A stretch of 64,000 nucleotides of DNA from Pseudomonadota bacterium (GTDB taxonomy: Bacteria > Desulfobacterota > Desulfovibrionia > Desulfovibrionales > Desulfovibrionaceae), in NCBI GenBank assembly GCA_023399375.1, contig JAEWPX010000048.1:25319-89318 (forward strand), read 5' to 3'. This document shows, piece after piece, positions 27,564-39,019 of the stretch; the stretch's first letter is position 1, and each line of letters begins with the position of its first letter. A program made the position numbers and the translations under genes. The notes beneath the pieces are model-generated. The model saw only the letters and a program-made list of their open reading frames with translations. It searched no databases and was not told where the DNA came from.

Positions 27564-29903
27564 ATGCGCAGTATCGGCATCAGCGGCGTCCTGACCCTGG
27601 CGGTCAGCGCCACGGTCCTGGCCGGCATCCTGGCCCTGCTTTTCTACGTCTCGCAAACCACCACCTCGCTGGCCGAGGCCATGGCCGAGCAGGCCATGCG
27701 GCAGCTGGCCGACGCCGCCTCCGATTCCCTGGACCTCCGCGCGGCCGAGGCCATGGAGTTGGCCGCCGCCCTGGCCAGGCGTCCCGGCATCCGCGACGCC
27801 TTCGAAGGCAATCCGGCCATCGCCGGGACGGTCATCAACGAAACGCTCGGCAGCTACAAGGCCGTCTTTTCCATCCTGGTCCTCGACGCCTCGGGCAGGC
27901 TGTTGGCCGGGCGCAACGCGAAAGGCCAGGACTACGAGCAGGGCATGTCCTACGCCGATCGTTCCTACGTGGCGGCCTACCAGTCCGGCGCAGGCGCGTC
28001 CGTCACGCCCTCGGTCTACAAGTCCAAGCACGGCGGGGGACTCATCATGTCCGCGTCGAGCCCGGTTTCCGGCCCGGACGGGAAGCTCCTCGGCGGCGTG
28101 GTCGTCAACATGGACATCGCCCCCATCGCCGCCGATCTCGTCGACCACCTGCGTATCGGCGAAAAGGGCTATGGCTTCGTGGTGGACGCCTCGGGCACGG
28201 TGGTCGCCCACGGCGGGGACGCAGGGCTGGTCGGCCAGGACGTGTCCGGGCTCGAGTTCATCCGCAAGCTCATGGAAATCCGAACGGGCATGTTCGACTA
28301 CCTCTGGAAGGGCGAGGAAAAGGCCATGGCCACGGTCCGCTCCGCCAAGACGGGCTGGTATACGGGCATAACCGCGGCCAAGACCGACCTCACGGCCGTG
28401 GCCCGCAGCCAGCGCTTCGTCCTTCTTGGCGTGGGCCTGGCCGTGGCGGCGCTTTGCACCTGCGTCATCGCCCTCGTCACGCGCCGGCTCGTGCTGCGTC
28501 CCCTTGCCGCGCTTGCGGCCTACAGCGACAGCATCGCCTCCGGCGCGTACGGCGCGACGCTTTCCGGCGGCTTCCGCTTCGAGATGGCGACGTTGGCCGA
28601 GCACCTGCGCAGGATGGTCGCCCAGCTCAAGGAGCGCCTGGGCTTTGCCAAGGGGCTGCTCGACGCCATGCCCCTGGCCTGCGTGGTCGCGGGCCCAGGC
28701 GGCAACATCCGCTTCCTCAACCAGCCCGTGCTCGACTTCCTGGAAGCCGACGGCAAGCCCGGGGACTACCTCGGCCAGCCGGCGGGCGTCTTTTTCTACG
28801 GCGACCCGAACCGCGCGACCATCACCACGCGCGCCATGCAGGAAGGCAGGGCCCTCACCGGCATCCAGACCGAGGTGGCCACGCGCAAGGGCAACAGGGC
28901 CTTTACGCAGATCGACGCCGCGCCGCTTTACGATCTCGACGGCGTCTGCCTCGGCGGCTTCGCCATGTTCACCGACCTGTCGCAGCTGCGCCGCCAGCAG
29001 GAGCAGATCGCGGCGCAAAACGACCTGATCGCGCACGCCGCCGCCGAGGCCGCCGCCGTGGCCGAACGCATGGCTTCGGCCTCCCAGGAACTCTCCGCCC
29101 AGATCGAACAGTCGAGCCAGGGGGCCATGGACCAGAGCGACCGGGTGCGGGGCACGGCCACGGCCGTGGAGCAGATCAACGCCACCATCCTGGAAGTGGC
29201 CAGAAACGCCGCCGACACGGCCGCAAGCGCGCACGAAGCCCAGGAAATGGCGCGCAAGGGCGCTTCGCTGGCCGAGGCCGTGGTCACGGCCGTGGACACC
29301 GTGCGCGGCCGGGCCGTCGGGCTCAAGGCAACCATGTCCGGGCTCGGCGACCGCGCCCAGGGCATCGGCGCGGTCATGAACGTGATTTCCGACATCGCGG
29401 ACCAGACCAACCTGCTGGCCCTAAACGCGGCTATCGAGGCGGCCCGGGCCGGCGAGGCCGGGCGCGGCTTCGCCGTGGTCGCCGACGAGGTGCGAAAGCT
29501 CGCCGAAAAGACCATGGCCGCGACCAAGGAAGTGGGCGCGGCCATCGCCGGCATCCAGCACGGCACGGCCGAAACCGTGGTCATGGTGGACGGGGCCGTG
29601 GCCAGCGTCGAGGAGGCCACGGCCCTGGCCAAATCCTCGGGCTCGGCCCTGGCCGACATCGTTGCCGTGGTGACCACGGCAGGGGACCAGGTCCGGGCCA
29701 TCGCCACGGCCGCCGAGGAACAGTCGGCCTCCGTGGAGGAGATCAGCCTGTCCGTCGCGGCCATCAACCGCATCGCCTCGGAAACCGCGGACGCGATGCT
29801 CCAGTCGGCCACGGCCGTGACCGAACTGGCCGACCAGGCGCAGGGCCTGTCCGGCCTGGTCGCGGACATCCGTGGCAACGGCCGGGCCGCCCTGCCGGCA
29901 TAA
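27564..29903 (+). CDS. methyl-accepting chemotaxis protein 1 (TM-dCache-TM-HAMP-PAS-MA)
   Basis: N-terminal TM helix, periplasmic Cache-like region ('YADRSYV', '[10 protein letters not shown]'), second TM, HAMP, PAS-like segment, then the signalling hairpin '[43 protein letters not shown]'. Confidence 0.93.
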   Translation: MRSIGISGVLTLAVSATVLAGILALLFYVSQTTTSLAEAMAEQAMRQLADAASDSLDLRAAEAMELAAALARRPGIRDAFEGNPAIAGTVINETLGSYKAVFSILVLDASGRLLAGRNAKGQDYEQGMSYADRSYVAAYQSGAGASVTPSVYKSKHGGGLIMSASSPVSGPDGKLLGGVVVNMDIAPIAADLVDHLRIGEKGYGFVVDASGTVVAHGGDAGLVGQDVSGLEFIRKLMEIRTGMFDYLWKGEEKAMATVRSAKTGWYTGITAAKTDLTAVARSQRFVLLGVGLAVAALCTCVIALVTRRLVLRPLAALAAYSDSIASGAYGATLSGGFRFEMATLAEHLRRMVAQLKERLGFAKGLLDAMPLACVVAGPGGNIRFLNQPVLDFLEADGKPGDYLGQPAGVFFYGDPNRATITTRAMQEGRALTGIQTEVATRKGNRAFTQIDAAPLYDLDGVCLGGFAMFTDLSQLRRQQEQIAAQNDLIAHAAAEAAAVAERMASASQELSAQIEQSSQGAMDQSDRVRGTATAVEQINATILEVARNAADTAASAHEAQEMARKGASLAEAVVTAVDTVRGRAVGLKATMSGLGDRAQGIGAVMNVISDIADQTNLLALNAAIEAARAGEAGRGFAVVADEVRKLAEKTMAATKEVGAAIAGIQHGTAETVVMVDGAVASVEEATALAKSSGSALADIVAVVTTAGDQVRAIATAAEEQSASVEEISLSVAAINRIASETADAMLQSATAVTELADQAQGLSGLVADIRGNGRAALPA

Positions 29904-29916
29904 CACCCGCTCCTTC

Positions 29917-29943
29917 GCGCCGCCCCGGTCGCCGGGGCGGCGC
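29917..29943 (+). terminator. GC-rich hairpin after MCP1 (terminator-like, no U-tract)
   Basis: Perfect 12-bp stem GCGCCGCCCCGG / CCGGGGCGGCGC with a 3-nt loop, 14 nt after the stop. A related GCCGCCCCGG...CCGGGGCGGC hairpin follows MCP2 (32590-32621). Confidence 0.35.
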
Positions 29944-30241
29944 ATCCATGCCCCTGCCGTCGCCACGGCACAGCGCAAAACCAAATCCGATAATCTGGTA
30001 TTTCTTTGAGACCGATAACAATCGAAAAAAAGGACTGGAAAAGAAGACCGGAGTCTCTTAAAAAGGATCGATTTGACTCTCGGGGACTGTCTAATACAGA
30101 GCACACAATGCTCTATATCTAGTCGTATATCTTCTCGAAGTGCGTTCTCCTTCCAGAGCAGCGGCGGCCCGAGCGTCGGCAATATCACGTTTTCAGGATA
30201 CGCGGCGTACACAAGCGCGCCGCTCATGAGGGAGAACCGCC

Positions 30242-32572
30242 ATGCGCAAGATGGGCATCAACGCCGTCCTGACCCTTACCGTCCTCGTTTCGCTTTTTTG
30301 CGGCATCGCCGCGCTGATCGTTTACACGACCACGTCCACCTTCACCATTTCCACCACGCTCCAGGAACAGGCCCTGACGCAGACGGCCAAGAACACGGCC
30401 AACGTGTTGGAACTGTACCTCGAAAACGCCAAGGATGAAGCAGAGAACCTGGCCAACCTGCGCGTCGCCCAAGAAGCCCTGTCCGGCGACGCCGCGCGCG
30501 CCCAGGCCATGCTCAACAAATACGTGGCCAATTCCAACAACCTCACCTCGGCCATGCTCATCGGCCGCGACGGCAAGCCCGTGGCCGGCGCGACCAAATC
30601 CGGGGATCCCCTGGCCGAAAGCTACGCCGACCGCGACTATTTCAAGGCCATCATGAGCGGCAAGCAGGAGTACACCACCAAAACGATCCTCAAAGGGAAG
30701 ACCACGGGCACGCTGCTCTTCGTGGTCGCCCACGCCGTGGCGGACGACACGGGCAAGCTCATCGGCCTAGCCGTCGTGTGCCCCGCCTGGGAACACTTCA
30801 CCAAGAAGTTCATCGACCCCGTCCGCTTCGGCAAGACCGGCTACGGCTTCATGCTGGACGCGGACGGACGCGTCATCGCCCATGCCATGGACAAATCCAT
30901 GCTGCTGACCCGCCCCGCGGACGCCAGCATTTCCAACCGGGCCCTGGCGCTCAAAAACGGCATCCTGGATTACCTGTTCAACGGCGAGAAGAAATACATG
31001 GCCCTGGCCGAAGTGCCGCAAACGGGCTGGCTCGTGTGCATGACCGCCGCGGAATCGGAAATGACCGGGCTTGCCGACGGGCAGCGCAACGTGCTCATCC
31101 TCCTCGGCGCCGCGGTGCTGGCAGTGGTCGCCGGCCTGATCGTGGTCTTTAACCGGGTGGTGGTCATCAGGCCGCTCGGCGCCATCATGGACTTCGCCGG
31201 GAAAGTCGCCGCCGGCGACCTCAAGGCCACGCTTTCCGGAAAATTCCGCTTCGAGCTGGCCGCGCTGGCCCAGGACCTTGGCGCGATGGTCGCGGAGCTC
31301 AAAAACAAGCTCGGCTTCGCCCAGGGCGTCATGAACGGCATCCCCACGCCCTGCGGCATCGTCGGCCCGGACTGCAACATGGTCTGGGCCAACGCGGAGA
31401 TCTGCCGGCTCCTGGAAAAACCTGGCGCGCCGGAAAGCTACGCCGGCCAGCGCTCGGGGCTTTTCTACCTCAACGACGCGGGCAAGGAGACCTGCTCAGA
31501 CCGGGCCATCCGGGAAGGTCGCCGGGGTCACAGCGAGAACGACTACGTCACGCCGTCCGGGAAGAAACTGCACATCCAGATCGTAAGCACCCCGTTTTAC
31601 GATATGGACGGCCGGATGCTCGGCTCCATCTCCTTCTGGGACGACCGCACGGAACTCCACGAGCAGCAGAAGCGCATCGAGCGCCAGAACGCGCTCATGG
31701 CGGACGCGGCGGCCAAGGCCGCAGCCGTTTCCGACCGCATGGCCTCGGCTTCCCAGGAGCTCTCCGCCCAGATCGAACAGGGCAACCAAGGGGCCCAGGA
31801 ACAAAACCACCGCGTCCAGGACACGGTCACGGCCGTGGAAGAAATGAACGCCACCATCCTCGAAGTGGCGCGCAACGCCGGCGACACCGCCCGGGGCGCG
31901 CAGGAGGCCGGGGACAGGGCCCGCGAAGGGGCCGACGTCGTCGTCAAGGTGGTGGCGGCCGTAGGCGGCGTGCGCGACGCCTCGGGCAAGCTCAAGGACA
32001 ACATGCGCGACCTGGGGCAGCAGGCCCGGGGCATCGGCGCGGTGCTCGGGGTCATCTCCGACATCGCCGACCAGACCAACCTGCTCGCCTTAAACGCCGC
32101 CATCGAGGCGGCGCGCGCCGGCGAGGCCGGACGCGGCTTCGCCGTGGTCGCCGACGAGGTGCGCAAGCTCGCCGAAAAGACCATGCACGCGACCAAGGAG
32201 GTCGGCGAAGCCATTTCCGGCATCCAGCACGGCACGGCCGAAACCGAGCATATGGTGGACGCGGCCGCGGCCGCCGTGGATACGGCGACGGCCCTGGCCG
32301 AACGCGCGGGCGCGGCGCTTGCCGAGATCGTGACCGTGGTCCAGGCGGCCGGCGACCAGGTCCGCGCCATCGCCACGGCGGCCGAACAACAGTCCGCCAC
32401 GTCCGAGGAGATCAACCGCTCCATCGAATCCATCAGCAGCATCGCCTCGGAAACGGCCGACGCCATGTCCCAGTCCGCCCAGGCCGTGACCGAACTGGCC
32501 GAGCTGGCCCAAAACCTGACCGCGCTCGTGGCCGGCATCCAGAGCGGCGAACAAACCGCCCTCGGCGCGTAA
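30242..32572 (+). CDS. methyl-accepting chemotaxis protein 2 (same architecture)
   Basis: Paralogue of MCP1/3/4, with 'YADRDYF', '[10 protein letters not shown]' and an identical MA hairpin motif. GGGAGAA precedes the ATG. Confidence 0.93.
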   Translation: MRKMGINAVLTLTVLVSLFCGIAALIVYTTTSTFTISTTLQEQALTQTAKNTANVLELYLENAKDEAENLANLRVAQEALSGDAARAQAMLNKYVANSNNLTSAMLIGRDGKPVAGATKSGDPLAESYADRDYFKAIMSGKQEYTTKTILKGKTTGTLLFVVAHAVADDTGKLIGLAVVCPAWEHFTKKFIDPVRFGKTGYGFMLDADGRVIAHAMDKSMLLTRPADASISNRALALKNGILDYLFNGEKKYMALAEVPQTGWLVCMTAAESEMTGLADGQRNVLILLGAAVLAVVAGLIVVFNRVVVIRPLGAIMDFAGKVAAGDLKATLSGKFRFELAALAQDLGAMVAELKNKLGFAQGVMNGIPTPCGIVGPDCNMVWANAEICRLLEKPGAPESYAGQRSGLFYLNDAGKETCSDRAIREGRRGHSENDYVTPSGKKLHIQIVSTPFYDMDGRMLGSISFWDDRTELHEQQKRIERQNALMADAAAKAAAVSDRMASASQELSAQIEQGNQGAQEQNHRVQDTVTAVEEMNATILEVARNAGDTARGAQEAGDRAREGADVVVKVVAAVGGVRDASGKLKDNMRDLGQQARGIGAVLGVISDIADQTNLLALNAAIEAARAGEAGRGFAVVADEVRKLAEKTMHATKEVGEAISGIQHGTAETEHMVDAAAAAVDTATALAERAGAALAEIVTVVQAAGDQVRAIATAAEQQSATSEEINRSIESISSIASETADAMSQSAQAVTELAELAQNLTALVAGIQSGEQTALGA

Positions 32573-32775
32573 CAGCCTTTGCTTTTTGTGCCGCCCCGGC
32601 CGCAACGCCGACCGGGGCGGCGACGTCGCCACGCCTCCGCTGAGCATGCCGGGGCGTTTCCCTCCCGAGCGGCAGGCGCGGGGCGGCCCCGAAAAGCGCC
32701 GCCCCGCTTCGGAGACACCCTGTTCCTTGCTTCTATTTCCGGTAGCAATACGAACGGATGAGGAACGATTGCGGC

Positions 32776-33675
32776 CTAGGAGCCGGCGAAGTACCGCGCC
32801 ACCGCCGCATAACCCGCATCCTCGCACGCCAGCGGCTTTTCACGCAGCGCCTGCGTAAGCAGCGTATCGAACATCGCTGACATCCCCTGCCCCTCCTCCA
32901 GACGCTGCTTGACCACGCATACCGTGAAGCGGTCCGGCTCGGCGCTGCATTCCAGATTCCCCGACAGCCCCCGGAGCTTCAGGTAGAACGGGTTGCGTCG
33001 GCGCATCAGCATGGATTCCATCGGATTGGGCCCGATCATGTAGCCCAGGAGCTGGAAGTCTTCCGAGTGGTAGTGGACGTGGACGAAGTTGTTCCAACGA
33101 AAGACCGTGCCGCGCATTTCCACGGGGACGGCGTCGACGACGATGACGCCGGCGACGGTGATGCCCTCGTCCGACTGCGCTTCGGTCCTGGCGACGCCCC
33201 GGAAGACGACGTCGCGCCCCTCGGGGTGGTAATAGATTTTGTGCACCCCCGAAAGCAGCTGGTACAGGGGATAGTTCGCCGCAACGCCGTTGTGTTCCGC
33301 GATATGCTTGCGCGCCTGGTTGTCGTAGAGACTGACGTCCAGGGCGCGCCCGCCGACGAATCTGTTCTTGTGCCGCAGGATCTCGCAGGAAAAAGCCGCG
33401 GAATATGCGCCGATGGCCGCATCGACGAGCACATGGACCGGAACCTCGAAAAACCCGGCGTAGCGTTCCAGGCGGTGCGCCGGAATGCCCGAACGGATGT
33501 CCTCGATGACGGTGTTGATGCTGCGCGGCAGGCCGCACTGGGCCCAGCGCTCGTTGGCCGAGATATGGTTCGGCCCCACGCGGGCGCCCCATGACAGGCC
33601 CGAGAGCTTCAGGGCCATGTAGAGCTTTTCGCCCGTGCCGCTGACGCGTACGGTTTTCGGTCTTCCCTGGGCCAT
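32776..33675 (-). CDS. hypothetical protein (299 aa), possible N-terminal HTH-like segment
   Basis: The ORF is open to 33960. ATG 33675 (MAQGRPK..) is the first start after the AT-rich region. No family recognised by eye. Confidence 0.45.
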   Translation of the reverse strand: MAQGRPKTVRVSGTGEKLYMALKLSGLSWGARVGPNHISANERWAQCGLPRSINTVIEDIRSGIPAHRLERYAGFFEVPVHVLVDAAIGAYSAAFSCEILRHKNRFVGGRALDVSLYDNQARKHIAEHNGVAANYPLYQLLSGVHKIYYHPEGRDVVFRGVARTEAQSDEGITVAGVIVVDAVPVEMRGTVFRWNNFVHVHYHSEDFQLLGYMIGPNPMESMLMRRRNPFYLKLRGLSGNLECSAEPDRFTVCVVKQRLEEGQGMSAMFDTLLTQALREKPLACEDAGYAAVARYFAGS

Positions 33676-33850
33676 CAACAAATCCTGCAGATTTATTACG
33701 GATGTCGTATCAGAATAGATTGGTGTTTCTTTTATGTCAATAATACCCAGAAAATACGCCGAAGCCTCCACGTCCGTGGCGGCGCAGGGACGCGGCGATG
33801 CGCGGCGCGTCCCCCGGGTTTCCGACCACCCGCCGTCTTTTGTTTTCCGA

Positions 33851-33879
33851 TTGCAACAACACGCAGCATTCTGTAAAAT
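33851..33879 (+). promoter_or_regulatory. putative sigma70-type promoter for MCP3
   Basis: TTGCAA (33851-33856), 17 nt, TAAAAT (33874-33879), in the AT-rich divergent intergenic region about 100 nt upstream of ATG 33982. Confidence 0.35.
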
Positions 33880-33981
33880 TTGACATCCCAGTATCAATAA
33901 TCTGGCAAACGTGCCGTCGTCGCGCGCGCATGACCCCTGTCGTTCGCCGCCCGCCGGCACATGCCCCGACCGGAGGAAGGC

Positions 33982-36315
33982 ATGAAAAAAGCGAGCATCA
34001 ATACGGTCCTCACCCTGCTTGTCGCCGTCCTGGTCCTTGCCGCCGTGCTCATTCTGGTCGGGTACGTCTCCACCTCTTCCTACGAAATGGCCACCCGCCT
34101 CGAGGAGTCCTCATTGCGGCAATTGGCCACGGGCGCGAGCCGCACGCTAGAACTCTACCTCGACGACGCGGCCGACGTGGCCAGGGCGCTGTCCACCCAG
34201 GAAGCGGTCGTGGAGGGGCTTGCCGGCGACAGCGGACGGCTGGCCGCGCGGTTTCGCAACTACATCGAAAGCTACCAGCAATACTGGGCCATCTTCGCCT
34301 TCGACACCGCCGGCAAGATCGTGGCCGGCTACAACGCCAAGAAGGAGGACATGGCCGGAGGCAGCCGGGCCGACCGCGACTACGTCAAAGGCGTGCTCGG
34401 CGGCAAGGACATGGTGTTCACGGACAAGGTGCTTTCCGCCCGCAGCGGCGACATCCTCATCTTCGTGGTGGCCAAGGCCGTGCGCGACGCCTCGGGCAAG
34501 CTCCTCGGCGGCGTGGCCGTGTGTCCCAAGTGGAACGTCTACACCAAGGACTTCATCGATCCCCTGCGCTTCGGGGAGCGCGGCTACGCCTTCATGATCG
34601 ACGCCGCGGGCACGGTCATCGCCCACGGCACGGACAAGAGCCTGCTGCTCAAAAACATGGCGGACGTCGCGTTCATCAAGGAAGCCCTGACCCGCAAGGA
34701 AGGCACCCTGTCCTACGACTGGCAGGGCGAGCGCAAATACATGGCCCTGGCCCGGGTGCCGACCACGGACTGGATCGTGTGCATGACGGCCTTCGAGGCC
34801 GACATGACGGCGCTCGCCCGCAGGCAGCGCACGATCGTGTTCGCGATCGGCGGCCTGGCCCTCGTCCTGGCCGTGGCCGGCATCGCCCTGGCCAACCGGG
34901 GCCTGGTGCTGCGCCCCCTGTCCCGCATGGCGGCCTATGCCTCCCGGATCGCCGAAGGCGACCTGCACGCCTCCCTCGACGGAACCTTCCGCTTCGAACT
35001 CGCCGCCCTGGCCGGCAACCTGCAGCGCATGGTCGGCGAACTCAAGGAACGCCTCGGCTTCGCCCAGGGCGTGCTGGACGGCATCCCCGCCCCCTGCGCC
35101 GTGGCCGGGCCGGACAGCCGCATCCTGTGGATCAACCACCAGGCCGTGGAACTCCTGGAACTGCGCGCCACGCCCGAATCCGCCAAGGGGCAGGACGCAG
35201 GAGCGCTTTTTTACGACGACCCCGGCCGGGAGACCCTGACGCACAAGACTGTCGCCGCGCGTCAGAGCCTGTCCCTGGACGTGGACTTCCCGACCCGCAG
35301 CGGCCGGCTGCTGCACCTGCACGTGAACACCACGCCGTTTTACGACATGGACGGCAGTCTCCTCGGCTGCCTGGTGTTCTGGAACGACCTGACCGGCATC
35401 ACGGCCCAGAAAAACCGCATCGAGGCGCAAAACGCCCTCATCGCCGACGCCGCGAAAAAGGCCGCGGCCGTCTCCGACCGCATGGCCACGGCCTCCCGTG
35501 AGCTCTCCGCCCGGATCGACCAGGGCAACCAGGGAGCCCAGGAACAGAACAATCGCGTGCAGGACACGGTCACGGCCGTGGAGGAAATGAACGCCACCAT
35601 CCTCGAGGTGGCCAGAAACGCCGGCGACACCGCCCGGGGCGCGCACGAGGCCGGGGAAAAGGCCCGCGAAGGAGCCGAACTGGTGACGCAGGTCGTGGGT
35701 TCCGTCGGGTCCGTGCGCACAGCCGCGGACAGGCTCAAGGGCAACATGCGCGACCTGGGGCAGCAGGCGCAAAGCATCGGCGCGGTGCTCGGGGTCATCT
35801 CCGACATCGCCGACCAGACCAACCTGCTCGCCTTAAACGCCGCCATCGAGGCGGCGCGCGCCGGCGATGCCGGACGCGGTTTCGCCGTGGTCGCCGACGA
35901 GGTCAGAAAGCTCGCCGAAAAGACCATGCACGCGACCAAGGAAGTCGGCGACGCCATTTCCGGCATCCAGCGCGGCACGGCCGCAACCGCGCAGATGATG
36001 GACGACGCCGCCGCGGCCGTGGACACGGCCACGGGACTGGCCGAGCGCTCGGGCGCGTCGCTTTCCGAGATCGTGAGCGTGGTCGAGGCGGCCGGAGACC
36101 AGGTCAGCGCCATCGCCACGGCGGCCGAGCAGCAGTCCGCCACGTCCGAGGAGATCAACCGCTCCATCGAAGCCATCAGCCGCATCGCCTCGGAAACGGC
36201 CGGGGCCATGGAAGAATCCGCCCGGGCCGTGAACGAATTGGCCGAACTGGCCCGCACCCTTGCCGCCCTGGTGGCCGACATCAAAGGCGGCGGCCAGGCC
36301 GCCCTGACCACCTAG
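33982..36315 (+). CDS. methyl-accepting chemotaxis protein 3 (same architecture)
   Basis: GGAGGA precedes ATG 33982. 'RADRDYV', '[10 protein letters not shown]', HAMP, PAS and MA hairpin motifs as in the paralogues. Confidence 0.93.
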   Translation: MKKASINTVLTLLVAVLVLAAVLILVGYVSTSSYEMATRLEESSLRQLATGASRTLELYLDDAADVARALSTQEAVVEGLAGDSGRLAARFRNYIESYQQYWAIFAFDTAGKIVAGYNAKKEDMAGGSRADRDYVKGVLGGKDMVFTDKVLSARSGDILIFVVAKAVRDASGKLLGGVAVCPKWNVYTKDFIDPLRFGERGYAFMIDAAGTVIAHGTDKSLLLKNMADVAFIKEALTRKEGTLSYDWQGERKYMALARVPTTDWIVCMTAFEADMTALARRQRTIVFAIGGLALVLAVAGIALANRGLVLRPLSRMAAYASRIAEGDLHASLDGTFRFELAALAGNLQRMVGELKERLGFAQGVLDGIPAPCAVAGPDSRILWINHQAVELLELRATPESAKGQDAGALFYDDPGRETLTHKTVAARQSLSLDVDFPTRSGRLLHLHVNTTPFYDMDGSLLGCLVFWNDLTGITAQKNRIEAQNALIADAAKKAAAVSDRMATASRELSARIDQGNQGAQEQNNRVQDTVTAVEEMNATILEVARNAGDTARGAHEAGEKAREGAELVTQVVGSVGSVRTAADRLKGNMRDLGQQAQSIGAVLGVISDIADQTNLLALNAAIEAARAGDAGRGFAVVADEVRKLAEKTMHATKEVGDAISGIQRGTAATAQMMDDAAAAVDTATGLAERSGASLSEIVSVVEAAGDQVSAIATAAEQQSATSEEINRSIEAISRIASETAGAMEESARAVNELAELARTLAALVADIKGGGQAALTT

Positions 36316-36502
36316 CGTCACGTCCCCCGGCTCGCGCAGGCCCCTGCCCGGCGACGCGCCGGGGGACACGCTTGTCCCTTTCGTCACAAATCCGGCTTGC
36401 CTCTCTCCTTGTTCACGGCTATGGGGACTGCCGCATCGCCGCCGACGCGCCGGCCTGTCGCCGCGCCGCCGCGCACCCGGCGAGCCTTCCAAAGGAGTCC
36501 CC

Positions 36503-38839
36503 ATGCGCAAAGCCGGCATCAACGCGATCCTGGCCGTGGCCGTCACCCTGTCCATCCTGGCCGGCGTCGCCGTTCTCGTCGTCTACGTCTCCCATTCGTC
36601 CCAGGATATGGCCGATACGATACAGACGCAGGCCCTGTCCGAGCTGGCCCGCGCCACGGCCGACAGCACGTCCACGTATCTGCGCGGCACGGCGCAGGTC
36701 GTCGATTCCCTGGCCGCCCAGGCCGCCATCAAGGAGGCCTTCGCCGGCTCCCCGGCGCGCGCGAAAGAGCGTCTGCAGTCTTACGCTCAGGAATTCAAGG
36801 ACTATTTCTCCTTTTTCCTGTTCGACGCCAAAGGCAGGATCCTCGCCGGCGTCAATGCCGACGGCAAGGATCTCACCGGCGGCGACCGCGCGGACCGGGA
36901 CTACGTCCAGGCCATCCTCGAAGGCAAGGACCTCGTGTTCAGCCGCTCGATCATGAAGGCCACGACCGGCGACGCCCTCATCTACGTCGTGGCCAAGGCC
37001 GTGCGCGACGCGGACGGCAAGGTGGTCGGCGGCGTGGCCGCCTCGCCGCTCATAAGCGACTTCACGGGGCACACCATCGACGCCGTCCGCTTCGGCAAGC
37101 GCGGCTACGCCTTCATGCTCGACAGCCAGGGCCGGCTCATCGCCCATGGCGGGGACAAGAACCTCATCCTCACCGACCTCTCCCGGGAATCCTTCGTGCA
37201 AAAGGCCCTGGAGGCGGGCTCCGGCACCTTCGCCTACGACTGGAAGGGCGAAGCCAAGGTCATGGCGGTCGCGCGGGTTCCCGCCACGGGCTGGCTCGTG
37301 TGCATGTCGTTTTACAGCGACGAGATGACCGCCCTGGCCCGGCAGCAGCGGTTGGCGCTTTCCGGCATCGGTCTGGCCGTGGTGGCCGTGGTCGCAGGCC
37401 TCATCACGCTCCTCAACCGCCGCCTGGTGCTGCGCCCGCTGCATTCCCTCGGCGCGTTCACCAGGCGCGTAGCAGGGGGAGACCTGAGCGCCACCCTCGA
37501 CGGGACGTTTCGGGCGGAACTCGGCGCGTTCGCCGACGCCCTGCGGCACATGGTGGGGCAGCTCAAGACGCGGCTCGGCTTCGCCCAGGGCGTGCTCGAC
37601 GGCATCCCCACCCCCTGCGGCATCGTCGGCCCGGACTACGCCATGACCTGGGCCAACCCCCACATTTGCCGCCTGCTGGAAAAACCCGGCGCGCCGGAAT
37701 CCTACGTCGGCACGCGCTCGGGCGCGTTCTACTACGATGACGCCCAGCGCGAGACCCTCTCGGACCAGGCCATCCGGGAACGCCGGCCCCTGGAAAAGGA
37801 GTTCGACTACCGGACGCCTTCGGGCAAGGACCTGCATATCGCCGTGCGCACGACTCCGTTTTTCGACCTCGACGGCAACATGCTCGGCTCCATTTCCTTC
37901 TGGCTGGACCTCACGGAAATCCACGAGCAGAAAAGCCGCATCGAGGCGCAAAACGCGGTCATCGCGCAAACCGCGGCCAAGGCGCTCGTCGTGGCCGACC
38001 GCATGGCCGCTGCCTCCCAGGAACTTTCGGCGCAGATCGAGCAGTCGAGCCAGGGGGCCAGGGAACAGAACCACCGCGTCCAGGATACGGTCACGGCCGT
38101 GGAAGAGATGAACGCCACCATCCTCGAAGTGGCGCGAAACGCCGGCGACACCGCGCGGGACGCGCAGGATGCCGGGGACAAGGCCCGCGAAGGGGCCGAA
38201 CTGGTGACGCGGGTCGTGGGTTCCGTGGGGACCGTTCGCGACGCCTCGGCCAGGCTTAGGGACAACATGCGCGACCTGGGGCGGCAGGCGCAGGGCATCG
38301 GCACGGTGCTCGGGGTCATCTCCGACATCGCCGACCAGACGAACCTGCTCGCGCTCAATGCCGCCATCGAGGCGGCGCGCGCCGGTGAAGCCGGGCGCGG
38401 CTTCGCGGTCGTGGCCGACGAAGTGCGCAAGCTCGCCGAAAAGACCATGCTCGCGACCAAGGAGGTCGGCGACGCCATCTCAGGCATCCAGCAGGGCACG
38501 GTCGAAACCGGGCAGATGGTGGAGGCCGCGGCCGCGGCCGTGGACGAAGCCACGAGCCTGGCCGAACGTTCGGGCGCGGCGCTTTCCGAGATCGTGAGCG
38601 TCGTCGAGACCGCCGGCGACCAGGTGCGGGCCATCGCCACGGCGGCCGAGCAGCAGTCCGCCACCTCGGAAGAGATCAACCGCTCGGTCGAGGCGATAAG
38701 CGGCATCGCCTCGGAAACGGCCGACGCCATGACGCAGTCCGCGGACGCCGTGGCAGACGTGGCCCGCCAGGCCCAGGAACTGCACGGTCTCATGCGCGAG
38801 CTCGACCAGGGCGGCGGGGACCGGCGCGCCCTGGCGTAG
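36503..38839 (+). CDS. methyl-accepting chemotaxis protein 4 (same architecture)
   Basis: AAGGAG precedes ATG 36503. 'RADRDYV', '[10 protein letters not shown]', HAMP, PAS and an MA hairpin identical in motif to the paralogues. Confidence 0.93.
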   Translation: MRKAGINAILAVAVTLSILAGVAVLVVYVSHSSQDMADTIQTQALSELARATADSTSTYLRGTAQVVDSLAAQAAIKEAFAGSPARAKERLQSYAQEFKDYFSFFLFDAKGRILAGVNADGKDLTGGDRADRDYVQAILEGKDLVFSRSIMKATTGDALIYVVAKAVRDADGKVVGGVAASPLISDFTGHTIDAVRFGKRGYAFMLDSQGRLIAHGGDKNLILTDLSRESFVQKALEAGSGTFAYDWKGEAKVMAVARVPATGWLVCMSFYSDEMTALARQQRLALSGIGLAVVAVVAGLITLLNRRLVLRPLHSLGAFTRRVAGGDLSATLDGTFRAELGAFADALRHMVGQLKTRLGFAQGVLDGIPTPCGIVGPDYAMTWANPHICRLLEKPGAPESYVGTRSGAFYYDDAQRETLSDQAIRERRPLEKEFDYRTPSGKDLHIAVRTTPFFDLDGNMLGSISFWLDLTEIHEQKSRIEAQNAVIAQTAAKALVVADRMAAASQELSAQIEQSSQGAREQNHRVQDTVTAVEEMNATILEVARNAGDTARDAQDAGDKAREGAELVTRVVGSVGTVRDASARLRDNMRDLGRQAQGIGTVLGVISDIADQTNLLALNAAIEAARAGEAGRGFAVVADEVRKLAEKTMLATKEVGDAISGIQQGTVETGQMVEAAAAAVDEATSLAERSGAALSEIVSVVETAGDQVRAIATAAEQQSATSEEINRSVEAISGIASETADAMTQSADAVADVARQAQELHGLMRELDQGGGDRRALA

Positions 38840-39019
38840 CCCGGCGCGTTTGCCTTTCGACGGTATTCCCGTTATCTTTCATTGCTTCGGTCATCGCGGC
38901 CGAGGCAGCGGAAATGCTCCTTATTTCCCCTTTCGGGGGACGGCGCAGACGGCACGGACAGGGCCACGCCCCGCTGCCGCCGACGTCCGTCGCCCCGTGA
39001 CTCCAAGGAGAGAAACCTC

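Noticed and set aside
29986-29993. 'TCCGATAA', resembling a sigma28 (FliA) -10 element, upstream of MCP2
   Set aside because: No TAAA-type -35 at the required ~15-nt spacing, and no comparable motif upstream of the other three MCP genes.
27288-30106. Long antisense ORFs opposite MCP1. Similar ones occur opposite MCP2-4, recJ, the porins and kup.
   Set aside because: The sense frames carry unambiguous MCP, RecJ, porin and Kup motifs. The antisense translations are compositionally biased with no motifs.
29350-38420. Recurrent near-identical ~100-nt blocks, which could be mistaken for a repeat array or CRISPR
   Set aside because: They are in-frame parts of the MCP signalling domains spaced ~2.3-3.7 kb apart. 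There is no short regular repeat-spacer structure anywhere in the window.
38840-39019. Possible ZTP (pfl) riboswitch upstream of purD
   Set aside because: No 'CCGCCTGGGC' pseudoknot strand or 'GGGTCGTGACTGGCG'-like 5' block could be found.
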